From positions 180,001 through 212,000 of the forward strand of contig JAUVVC010000004.1 in NCBI GenBank assembly GCA_030604855.1: a stretch of DNA of 32,000 bases, written 5' to 3'. Numbering within the stretch: position 1 is the stretch's first letter; every line of letters starts with the position of its first letter. Origin of the DNA: Erysipelotrichaceae bacterium (lineage in GTDB: Bacteria > Bacillota_I > Bacilli_A > Erysipelotrichales > Erysipelotrichaceae). The notes beneath the pieces were generated by a model. That model worked only from the letters and a program-made list of their open reading frames with translations. It did not search any database and had not been told where the DNA came from. Positions 16,816-24,877 of the stretch are shown in pieces. Made by a program: the position numbers and the translations under genes.

Positions 16816-17967
16816 ATGCGTATAAAGACAACGATTGTTTTATTAATGTTATTTCAACTTATGACTACGATGACGATGGCCATGGTTTTATCGATTGCCC
16901 CTGCGATGGGAGCCTTCTTCAACATCGAAATCGCACTGGTGCCTTATTTGAACATTGGCTTTGTTGTTTCAGGAATGTTGGTTCCGATCTTTGGTTACTA
17001 TGCAGATAAACAAGGTGTCAAAAAGATTCTTGTCTTAGGTGCTTTTCTATTCAGTTTAGGAACCTTACTAACAGCTTTTGCCAAGAGTCCAAGCATCTAT
17101 TTCTTCACCCGTATGCTCATCGGGATTGGTCATAACGTTTTCTTTGCCTTGGTTGCGAACTATGCATCGCGTTTAGTGGAACCAAGACTCTTCATCAAAC
17201 TATCGGGTTACTTTAAACTTGCTTTTGCGAGTGGAATCTTCATTGCCCCCATCATGGGTGCTTTGGTGGTTTCTACCATTGGCTTTCAAAACTATTATCT
17301 AATTGTTTTCGCAATAACCATGTTATTGGCATTGATTCTCACACGCATCCCACACGTCGAGAATGTCAGTTCGAGTCCCATTACCTTGGCGGATTTCAAG
17401 GCACTCTTTAAGTATCCCTTTGTATGGTGGATGATGGCAATGACCTTTTTGGTGTTTTTAGCACCGAATACAATCTACACTTTCTTAAGCATCTATCTAA
17501 GCTCAGTCGGACAAACCCAACAACAAATCTCGCTTATTTACACCATCACGGGTGTTGGGGCAGTTCTATCAGGCTTTGTCATTCTATTCTTAGGTCATCG
17601 ATATTCTCTAAGAGACTTATTAAGATATGGTGTCATGGGCGTCATCATAACCTTGATATTCATCTTTCCATTGAATGCCTGGATTTTGGTTCCAGCACTC
17701 TTGGTGTTCTCACTTGCTTTGGATTTGGTTGTAGGTGTTCTTTTCCCTGTCGCATCGACGATGCCGGTAAAGAACCCAGCCAGTCTAACCGCAACCTTAA
17801 GTTTAACGATGTCAATAACAGCCTTGATGACAAGCTTAATCAATCCTTTGTTATTTGAACGATTTGGCTTTCAGTTCCTCTTAGGAATGGTTGCGATCAG
17901 TGTGACCCTAGGCTATTTCGCAATGCGCAGAGGCTTAAGTGCAATTGAATCGCATGAAAATGCTTGA
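16816..17967 (+). CDS. Major facilitator superfamily transporter, substrate unknown
   Basis: 383 aa with about 12 hydrophobic helices. A typical MFS loop, YYADKQGVKKILVLG, follows TM2. The SD AAGGAG lies 5 nt upstream. Confidence 0.8.
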   Translation: MRIKTTIVLLMLFQLMTTMTMAMVLSIAPAMGAFFNIEIALVPYLNIGFVVSGMLVPIFGYYADKQGVKKILVLGAFLFSLGTLLTAFAKSPSIYFFTRMLIGIGHNVFFALVANYASRLVEPRLFIKLSGYFKLAFASGIFIAPIMGALVVSTIGFQNYYLIVFAITMLLALILTRIPHVENVSSSPITLADFKALFKYPFVWWMMAMTFLVFLAPNTIYTFLSIYLSSVGQTQQQISLIYTITGVGAVLSGFVILFLGHRYSLRDLLRYGVMGVIITLIFIFPLNAWILVPALLVFSLALDLVVGVLFPVASTMPVKNPASLTATLSLTMSITALMTSLINPLLFERFGFQFLLGMVAISVTLGYFAMRRGLSAIESHENA

Positions 17968-18080
17968 TTTCTTCGGTTCTGATTGAACGAAAGTTTTGTA
18001 AATATTCGTTAACGATGCCAAAGATAAACGAACAAGCTTGTGAAAATCGAGTATAATCGTATAGAAGGAAGTGAAGTATT

Positions 18081-20207
18081 ATGCGAAAAGTAAATCGTTT
18101 TGAGGCACATCTTGATGACTATGGCATCATTACGGCGTATTTGTCCAAAGAGTTTTATCAAGGACGAAGTGACGTCTTCTACCTTAGAGATGAAAATGGA
18201 AAATTAACCAAGTGCTCTATTTTTAATTATGAGCAATCCGGGAATGACTTTTTTAAATATACCCTAGGGGTTGAAGACATCATTGAGATTGGCAAACGCT
18301 ATGACCTTTTAGAAGAACATGGTCTTTTTGTCGTACTTCAGTACAGCTTGATCACAAAGACCCAACGTTTTGATGAAGAATTCTTTTATGATGGGGATGA
18401 CTTAGGGGCTACGATTCAAGCAGGCAGAACCTATTTTGCTTTATGGGCACCTACCGCTACACGTGTCGTCATCGAAATCTTTGAGAAGAAGGGACCCTTG
18501 GTCATTGAACTCAGTCGTCAAGAAAAAGGTGTCTTCGCCTATCATCTTAGCTACAATGCGCATGGTTCGAGTTACTTGTATCATGTGTTGGTTAATGGGA
18601 ATTGGACGACCACAACGGATCCTTATGCGACGGGTTCAACCGTGAATCATCAACGATCGGTTGTGATTGATTTTGATCAAATCGAAGCCCAACAAAGCTA
18701 TAAACTTCCTGTTTTAAAGCAAGCAACAGATGCGATCATCTATGAATTGAGCATCCGTGACTTCACATTACAGCCGGAATCCAATATCAAGCATCGCGGA
18801 CAATTCCTAGGTTTGACGGAAACAGGCACGAAAACCTTAAATGGTGTATCAACTGGTATCGATCACATTAAGGAACTCGGGATCACTCATGTCCAGATTA
18901 TGCCGATGTATGATTTTGCGACCGTGGATGAACACAATGTATCTTTATTTTATAACTGGGGTTATGACCCGATGCAATACAATGTGCCTGAAGGAAGCTT
19001 TACCTCGAATCCAGATGATCCAATCGGACGGATTGAGGAAGCACGTAAAATGGTTGAAGCCTTCCATAAACAAGGCATCCGTGTGAACATGGATGTGGTT
19101 TACAACCATATGTATGATATGGAAGCCAGTTCGTTTGAGAAAGTAGTTCCTTATTATTTCTTTAGACGTTCACAATCGGGTCAATTATCGAATGGATCCT
19201 TCTGCGGCAATGATGTGGACTCGAATCGTTTGATGGCGCGTAAGTTCATCAAAGACAGCGTCAAACATTGGATGACTCACTATGATGTGGATGGATTCCG
19301 TTTTGACTTGATGGGTGTTTTAGATGTGGATACGATGAATGAAGTTGAAGCACTGTGCCGTTCAATCAAGCCGGAAGCCTTGGTTTATGGTGAAGGTTGG
19401 AACATGCCAACTTCTTTACCGGAACATCAAAAAGCCAATCGCTACAATCAACATTTGATGCCCAATATTGGTCATTTCAATGATTTCTTCCGTGAACATG
19501 TCAAGGGTAGAACATCCCATGAGGAAATCAATGTTAAAGGATACTGTCTAGGCGATACCAATTACATCGAAGCAATGAAAGCAAGTATGCTGGGTACAGC
19601 CGTTGCCAATCGGACACGTTTGTTCGATCGTCCAGATAAGTCGATCAACTACATTGAATGCCATGATAATCACACGGTTTGGGATAAACTAAAAGAGAGC
19701 AATAAAGAAGATAATCGTGATGTCCGTATCAAGCGTCAGAAGCTTTTGTTAAGTGTGACCTTATTGGCACAAGGCATTCCGTTTATCCACAGTGGTCAGG
19801 AATTCTGTAGAACAAAGAATGGCTTACACAACACCTATCGTAGCCCTGACAACATCAATCAGTTGGACTGGACACGTAAAGAACGTTATCTGGATGTGTT
19901 CAACTATACGAAGGATATGATTCAACTCAGGAAGATGCTTCCGATATTGCGTTTGAACGATCCTGAGAAAATTGAGCAGCGTGTGAGCTTCCGTGAATGG
20001 GATGGCATGTTGGTGATCAATTACAAATGTGAGCGATCGAAGCCTTATGAAGAAATTTGGATCTACATCAACCCAACCAATCAGATTTATTATGAAAGCT
20101 TTCCAGCCTTCGTAAAAGTCATTGCCAATGAAGCAGGTTTGATTGATGGTGTCATGGTTCAAAACGCAACGATCAATCCCTATACCTTGGTTGTATTCGC
20201 AAAATAA
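18081..20207 (+). CDS. pulA: Type I pullulanase / glycogen debranching enzyme, cytoplasmic (no signal peptide)
   Basis: 708 aa, GH13. Conserved regions are VNMDVVYNHM, VDGFRFDLMG, VYGEGW and YIECHDNHT. The pullulanase-type motif is YNWGYDP. The N-terminus MRKVNRFEAHLDDYG is not hydrophobic. Confidence 0.92.
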   Translation: MRKVNRFEAHLDDYGIITAYLSKEFYQGRSDVFYLRDENGKLTKCSIFNYEQSGNDFFKYTLGVEDIIEIGKRYDLLEEHGLFVVLQYSLITKTQRFDEEFFYDGDDLGATIQAGRTYFALWAPTATRVVIEIFEKKGPLVIELSRQEKGVFAYHLSYNAHGSSYLYHVLVNGNWTTTTDPYATGSTVNHQRSVVIDFDQIEAQQSYKLPVLKQATDAIIYELSIRDFTLQPESNIKHRGQFLGLTETGTKTLNGVSTGIDHIKELGITHVQIMPMYDFATVDEHNVSLFYNWGYDPMQYNVPEGSFTSNPDDPIGRIEEARKMVEAFHKQGIRVNMDVVYNHMYDMEASSFEKVVPYYFFRRSQSGQLSNGSFCGNDVDSNRLMARKFIKDSVKHWMTHYDVDGFRFDLMGVLDVDTMNEVEALCRSIKPEALVYGEGWNMPTSLPEHQKANRYNQHLMPNIGHFNDFFREHVKGRTSHEEINVKGYCLGDTNYIEAMKASMLGTAVANRTRLFDRPDKSINYIECHDNHTVWDKLKESNKEDNRDVRIKRQKLLLSVTLLAQGIPFIHSGQEFCRTKNGLHNTYRSPDNINQLDWTRKERYLDVFNYTKDMIQLRKMLPILRLNDPEKIEQRVSFREWDGMLVINYKCERSKPYEEIWIYINPTNQIYYESFPAFVKVIANEAGLIDGVMVQNATINPYTLVVFAK

Positions 20208-20247
20208 GTTCTTTGGTGTCTAAATAAAATGTAAAAGTTTGAACACG

Positions 20248-20279
20248 ATGAGGTGATATCTAAAATCACCTCATTTTCT
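20248..20279 (+). terminator. Rho-independent terminator after pulA
   Basis: A 10-bp stem pairs ATGAGGTGAT (20248-20257) with ATCACCTCAT (20265-20274) around a 7-nt loop. TTTTCT follows. Confidence 0.75.
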
Positions 20280-20303
20280 ATGTTATAAAATGCTTGTGAA
20301 TTA

Positions 20304-20317
20304 TGATTTATAAATCA
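20304..20317. promoter_or_regulatory. 14-bp perfect palindrome TGATTTATAAATCA (candidate operator) upstream of flagellar operon
   Basis: Read directly from the sequence; the symmetry centre lies between 20310 and 20311. It sits about 255 nt upstream of the flgB ATG. Confidence 0.3.
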
Positions 20318-20570
20318 CGTAAATTCGGGGACAACTAAACCAATAATGTATATATCGTGTGAAAATTCAAGTAATATGACCGATTTTTAGACAGAAAGTT
20401 GTTTCATTCAAAGAGTATGAATGGTAAAATAACATCGTTGAGTCGCACATAAAACGTGTTGCCAAAACAGTAGGTAAATTCTATGCAAATTTATTCCTAA
20501 TCGAGTAAATTTTTATTTTACCCATTTAAGTTTTTGAATTTTTGAACGATATCCCGATGAGGACTTTACG

Positions 20571-20918
20571 ATGATCGATAACAAATCCATAAAGACGATG
20601 CAAGCAGGACTGGATGCCCTGTGGCTAAAGCAAAAAGTGCACTCGAATAATATCGCGAACAGTGAAACTGCTGGCTTCAAAGCAGGTGAAGTCAGTTTTA
20701 AAACACGTCTCGACCAAGCCAAGCAACAGATTGAGTCCATTCAAGTTCAAGTCAAACAGAATCAAGGATTGAGCAATCGTTTGGATGGAAACAACGTTGA
20801 TCTCGAAAAGGAACAACTCGCTTTGTGGGAAACCTATGCACAGTATAACTACGTGACACAAAGCTTAAACAAACAGTTAAACAATCTCCGTTATGTCATC
20901 AATAACACAGGGAAGTAG
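20571..20918 (+). CDS. flgB: Flagellar basal-body rod protein FlgB
   Basis: 115 aa. The rod N-terminal motif is KQKVHSNNIANSETAGFK. LDGNNVDLEKEQ is present. The SD GAGGA lies 7 nt upstream. It is the first gene of the flagellar operon. Confidence 0.93.
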   Translation: MIDNKSIKTMQAGLDALWLKQKVHSNNIANSETAGFKAGEVSFKTRLDQAKQQIESIQVQVKQNQGLSNRLDGNNVDLEKEQLALWETYAQYNYVTQSLNKQLNNLRYVINNTGK

Positions 20919-20925
20919 GTAAAAC

Positions 20926-21360
20926 ATGTCATTTCTAGATTCACTAAAGATTGCAGGGTCGGCATTAACCGCACATCGCTTCCGTATCGATACGGTTGCC
21001 CAGAATCTCGCAAACATCAATACAACACGTACCGAAGATGGCACACCGTATGCTCGTAAGCTTGTCGTCTTGCAAGAACGCAACGCGTCCTTCACCAATG
21101 TGTTGAATAAAGCACGAAAAGCTCGCACGGGTGGTGGCGTGGAAGTCCAAGCCGTCATTGAAAGCAAAGATCCTTTCATCCCAGTCTACGATCCCAGTCA
21201 TCCCGATGCGAATGCGGATGGGTATGTGATGATGCCAAACGTCAACACGACCGAAGAGCAAATTGATTTAATGGCTGCCAGTCGTGCTTATGAAGCAAAC
21301 TTGACGGCCTTGAATGTCGTCAAAACGATGGCGATGAAAGCACTGGAAATTGGTAAGTAA
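20926..21360 (+). CDS. flgC: Flagellar basal-body rod protein FlgC
   Basis: 144 aa. SALTAHRFRIDTVAQNLANINTTRT is present. The C-terminal segment is MPNVNTTEEQIDLMAASRAYEANL. Confidence 0.95.
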   Translation: MSFLDSLKIAGSALTAHRFRIDTVAQNLANINTTRTEDGTPYARKLVVLQERNASFTNVLNKARKARTGGGVEVQAVIESKDPFIPVYDPSHPDANADGYVMMPNVNTTEEQIDLMAASRAYEANLTALNVVKTMAMKALEIGK

Positions 21361-21361
21361 T

Positions 21362-21661
21362 ATGAAAACATTCATTGTCCCAATCAGTCCCCTGCGTTTG
21401 GAATCCCAAATCCAAACACCTCAAGCGCAAAACAATGTATCCAATGGCTTCTCAAACGTATTGAGTCAAGCCATCGAAAATGTAAAAGAATCACAACAAG
21501 CTGCTGACCAAAGTGCGCAATCCCTCTTGATGGGACAGAGTGATGATTTACACAATGTCATGATTCAAGCAGAACAAGCGGCTTTGGCACTTGAACTTAC
21601 GGTTCAGGTCACCAGTAAAGCCATCAATGCCTATAACGAAATTATGCGTATGCAATTCTAG
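21362..21661 (+). CDS. fliE: Flagellar hook-basal body complex protein FliE
   Basis: I prefer the ATG at 21362 over the TTG at 21350. 99 aa. The C-terminus LHNVMIQAEQAALALELTVQVTSKAINAYNEIMRMQF is typical of FliE. Confidence 0.9.
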   Translation: MKTFIVPISPLRLESQIQTPQAQNNVSNGFSNVLSQAIENVKESQQAADQSAQSLLMGQSDDLHNVMIQAEQAALALELTVQVTSKAINAYNEIMRMQF

Positions 21662-21681
21662 GCTAGGAAGTTAAGTTCAAC

Positions 21682-23229
21682 ATGAATCTTCAATTCAATC
21701 AGATGCTTCAATCTTTTAAAGAAGCGTGGCAGAAATTAGCAAAAGTCCGTCAAAAACAAATTATCATCGGGACCTTCCTTATCCTTTTTGTGTCAATCAT
21801 CGTACCGATCGGGCTAAGAACCTACAATGAAAGTCATTATACCCTCTTGTATGAAAATCTATCCATTCAGGAACAGGCCGATATCTACCTTGTATTGAGT
21901 GAGATGAATGTGGACGTGTCCACGAACAATACAGGAAATCTAATGGTTCCACGAAATCAGGTGGATGAACTCAAGTTACGGCTCAGTGCTTTAGGTTATC
22001 CTAAATCGGCCTTAAGCTATGATGTTTTCACTTCCAATGCTGGCTTCATGGCAACGGAGCTTGAGAAGCAACAATACCTGATCATCGATTTACAGAATCG
22101 ATTGGAAGGAACGCTGAAACGAATTGATGGGGTTCGCTCCGCTGTCGTCACATTGAACATTCCAGAATCGTCCAACTATGTTTGGCAAGAAAATAATCAA
22201 GCGGGAAGTGCTTCAGTCCTGCTTGATTTTAGTGCGTCTATGGACTTGGACGCCAAGACTGTCAGTGGGATTAAAAACCTTGTGGCATCAGCAGTTCCCA
22301 ACATGGAGAAGGATGCGGTCGTGGTCATCGATGCGGCAAGTGGACAGGAATTGGGTCAAACCAGCTTGGATGCCGGTTTTGAGCAGAATTACTTACAAAT
22401 TCAATTTGAACAAGATCTTGAAGAACGCCTTCAAACCAAAGTCGTCAATCTCTTAAGCATGCCTTTTGGTTATGAAAACATACGTGTCAGTGCTAGTGTC
22501 GTAATCGATTACGACAAAATGTTGTCTGAAGAACTCAAATACATCCCGAATGAAAATGGGACAGGGGTCATCCAAAGTCTTGAGAAATGGTATGCCGCTA
22601 ACGGAAGTACGACCGGGGGTATCGCAGGGGAAAACAACAATACCGATCTTCCAGTCTATCAAGAAGGAAGTGCGGAACCCACAGAGGGTGAATACACCTA
22701 CAGTGCGGAGTATCTGGTGAGCTATCTCAAAACACAGATTGAGAAGAACAATGCGGAACTGAAGGACGCGACGATTTCCGTTGTGTTGAACAGTAAAGCC
22801 TTGAGTGATGAAGAACGAACACAGTGGACACAAGCTATTTCCAAGGCCATCAATATTCCTGAAGAAAAGATTGGTCTCCATGTCTTCCAAGCCAACGCAC
22901 AAAGTGAAGAGCCCATCATGGTTCCGGAAGACATCATGGATTCCCCCTACTTCTGGCCAGTGGTCGCAGGTGGAGCGGTTGTGATTATTTTGATCATCGC
23001 AATGTTGGTGTTCTTTGTTTCACGTAAGAAACGCAAACAGAAAGCGGATCGTGAGGACATCAACCAACAGATCAAATCCTTTACGGAACTTGCTAAGAAC
23101 AGAGCGAACACAATTAAAGCCGACCCAAGCAAAGCCACCATCAATGATATCCAACAATTTGCGGATGAGAATCCAGAGATTGCGGCAAACTTGATCCGCG
23201 AGATGTTGAAGGAGGATGAAGAGTCATGA
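21682..23229 (+). CDS. fliF: Flagellar MS-ring protein FliF
   Basis: 515 aa. It has an N-terminal TM helix, the periplasmic region LSALGYPKS...RIDGVRSAVVTLNIPE, a second TM helix WPVVAGGAVVIILIIAMLVFFV, and a charged C-terminal tail. Confidence 0.94.
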   Translation: MNLQFNQMLQSFKEAWQKLAKVRQKQIIIGTFLILFVSIIVPIGLRTYNESHYTLLYENLSIQEQADIYLVLSEMNVDVSTNNTGNLMVPRNQVDELKLRLSALGYPKSALSYDVFTSNAGFMATELEKQQYLIIDLQNRLEGTLKRIDGVRSAVVTLNIPESSNYVWQENNQAGSASVLLDFSASMDLDAKTVSGIKNLVASAVPNMEKDAVVVIDAASGQELGQTSLDAGFEQNYLQIQFEQDLEERLQTKVVNLLSMPFGYENIRVSASVVIDYDKMLSEELKYIPNENGTGVIQSLEKWYAANGSTTGGIAGENNNTDLPVYQEGSAEPTEGEYTYSAEYLVSYLKTQIEKNNAELKDATISVVLNSKALSDEERTQWTQAISKAINIPEEKIGLHVFQANAQSEEPIMVPEDIMDSPYFWPVVAGGAVVIILIIAMLVFFVSRKKRKQKADREDINQQIKSFTELAKNRANTIKADPSKATINDIQQFADENPEIAANLIREMLKEDEES

Positions 23230-24230
23230 GCAACATGTTAACGTCAACGCAAAAAGCTTCAGCACTACTCATATCCATGGGACCTGAACGCGCAGCCAAA
23301 GTCTTTCGTCACTTGAGTGATGCGGATGTGGAACGTTTATCCCTTGAGATCTCCAAACTTCGTCGTGTTGATTCCAGTGAAATGGAAGCCATCGTCGAAG
23401 ATTTCTATGGCATGTATCTCACGCAGAAAGTCATCACTGAAGGGGGTGTGATTCAAGCGAAGGAAATCTTGGAGAAGGCCTTTGGGCCTCAGCTTGCATC
23501 TTCTTATTTGGATCGTGTATCTCGTTCCATGCGTGTGAAAATCTTTGATTTCATTCGTAAAGTGGACTATAAAAACCTCGTATCTGTTTTGCAGAATGAA
23601 CACCCACAAACCATTGCCTTGGCACTCGCTTATGCGGGTGCGAATCAATCCTCTCTCGTCTTGGGAGAACTTCATAAAGATATCCGTGTCGATGTGGTCG
23701 AGCGCATCGCAAAACTGGATAATCCACACCCAGAATTCTTAAAAGTCCTCGAGAAAGTATTGGAAAGTAAGTTGTCCACTATGATCACCCTTGAAGTCCA
23801 AGAAATTGGGGGTGTCCATCATGCGGCAGACATCATGAACCGTGTTGAACGTGGTATCGAGAAACATGTGTTTGATGCTTTGAATCAGAAGAACCCAAGC
23901 TTGGTTCAACAGATTCGCGAGAAGATGTTTGTCTTTGAAGACATCATCAACTTGGATGATAATTCCGTACAGCTCTTCATTCGTGAAGTGGATGCCAAAG
24001 ATCTTGCGGTCGCACTTAAGATTGCGAACAATGATCTCTTGGATGTCTTCTTTAGAAACATGTCGACACGTATGCAAGAGACCATCAAATCAGATATGGA
24101 ATACCTTAAGAATGTACGCATGAGTGATGTGGAAAAGGCTCAACAACGCATTGTGGCTATTGTCCGTCGTTTAGAAGAAGAAGGTCAGTTGGTTATTTCG
24201 AAGGGAGGTTTGGATGATGTCTTTGTCTAG
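23226..24230 (+). CDS. fliG: Flagellar motor switch protein FliG
   Basis: 334 aa. QKASALLISMGPERAAKVF is present. The C-terminal torque-helix region is FRNMSTRMQETIKSDMEYL. The start overlaps the fliF stop (ATGA). Confidence 0.95.
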   Translation: MSNMLTSTQKASALLISMGPERAAKVFRHLSDADVERLSLEISKLRRVDSSEMEAIVEDFYGMYLTQKVITEGGVIQAKEILEKAFGPQLASSYLDRVSRSMRVKIFDFIRKVDYKNLVSVLQNEHPQTIALALAYAGANQSSLVLGELHKDIRVDVVERIAKLDNPHPEFLKVLEKVLESKLSTMITLEVQEIGGVHHAADIMNRVERGIEKHVFDALNQKNPSLVQQIREKMFVFEDIINLDDNSVQLFIREVDAKDLAVALKIANNDLLDVFFRNMSTRMQETIKSDMEYLKNVRMSDVEKAQQRIVAIVRRLEEEGQLVISKGGLDDVFV

Positions 24231-24873
24231 AGTCTTGAAACAACCCCGTCAGTGGGTCTATGAAGATGTGTTGGAAGAAGAAACGATTCAAATTGAATTG
24301 ATCCGAACTGAAGTCGAAATGATTAAAGAAGTTCATTCGTTTGAACCAGAGCCCATCGCTGAAAGCCTAACACCAAGTCCGATTCCAGTGGAAGTAGACA
24401 TGGAAGCCATTCGTGCGGAAGCCATTGAGATCGCACGTCAAGAGTTGTATCTGGAGAATGCGGCCTTTGTTGAAAAATTGCGTCTAGAATACGCACAGTT
24501 CACAGATAAGCTCGCAGAAGAACAAGCACAAATCCTCCAATCCATCCAAGCAGAGGCACATCATTTGGCCTTGGCTTGTACAGAGAAGTTGATGCATGTG
24601 AAAGTGAATGACAAAGATCAAACACAGCTATTGAAACTGATTGAATTGGAATGTGAACGTCATAAAGATGAACACTTCACACGCATCCACCTCAGTCGAA
24701 AGCTAAAACCATTCGAACATGAATTAGAGATGATTTTAAAGCAGAATCAGCTCAAAGTGACCTGGGTTGAAGGCTCTAAGGATACCTGTGTGTTTGAGAA
24801 AGAGGGAAGCTATTACGATGTATCCCTCACGACGAAACTAGAGAATCTTAAACATTTGTTTATGACACGCTAA
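24214..24873 (+). CDS. fliH: Flagellar assembly protein FliH
   Basis: 219 aa. The central part is coiled-coil and Glu-rich. It lies between fliG and fliI. GGGAGG lies 5-6 nt upstream of the ATGATG start. Confidence 0.8.
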   Translation: MMSLSRVLKQPRQWVYEDVLEEETIQIELIRTEVEMIKEVHSFEPEPIAESLTPSPIPVEVDMEAIRAEAIEIARQELYLENAAFVEKLRLEYAQFTDKLAEEQAQILQSIQAEAHHLALACTEKLMHVKVNDKDQTQLLKLIELECERHKDEHFTRIHLSRKLKPFEHELEMILKQNQLKVTWVEGSKDTCVFEKEGSYYDVSLTTKLENLKHLFMTR

Positions 24874-24877
24874 GCAG

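Noticed and set aside
16791-17009. Alternative-frame ORFs at 16791-17009 and 17424-17858 overlapping the MFS gene
   Set aside because: The first begins inside the terminator repeat without an SD. Both are out of frame with a clean 12-TM MFS reading frame, and their translations are Cys/Arg/His-rich and non-protein-like.
17971-17999. Terminator after the MFS gene (TTCGGTTC...TGAACGAA followed by AGTTTTG)
   Set aside because: The stem has only about 4-6 pairs with mismatches, and the T-run is short and interrupted. This is too weak to call, so the MFS gene and pulA may be co-transcribed.
19783-19791. Perfect DnaA box TTATCCACA
   Set aside because: It is a single isolated copy inside the pulA coding sequence (encoding PFIHS), with no cluster of boxes or AT-rich unwinding element nearby. 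One chance occurrence in 32 kb on both strands is not surprising.
20353-20367. CodY-box-like sequence TATCGTGTGAAAATT upstream of flagellar operon
   Set aside because: Only 11 of 15 positions match AATTTTCWGAAAATT, and all matches beyond the right half-site are weak. A hit like this is expected by chance in AT-rich DNA.
20527-20552. Sigma-D/sigma-28-type promoter TAAG-N14-AACGATAT just upstream of flgB
   Set aside because: The -10 matches GCCGATAT at only 6 of 8 positions, and the -35 and spacing are imperfect. The implied transcription start (~20560) would fall on or after the flgB SD (GAGGA, 20559-20563). That would leave no ribosome-binding site.
20280-20570. c-di-GMP riboswitch (GEMM-I/II) or invertible flagellar switch upstream of flgB, as in Clostridioides difficile
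   Set aside because: I found no GGCAAACC / ACGCAAAGCC-type conserved cores. I also found no pair of long (about 20 bp) inverted repeats flanking a 100-200 bp segment. The region is too AT-rich for the GC-rich GEMM helices. A covariance-model scan would be needed to exclude this formally.
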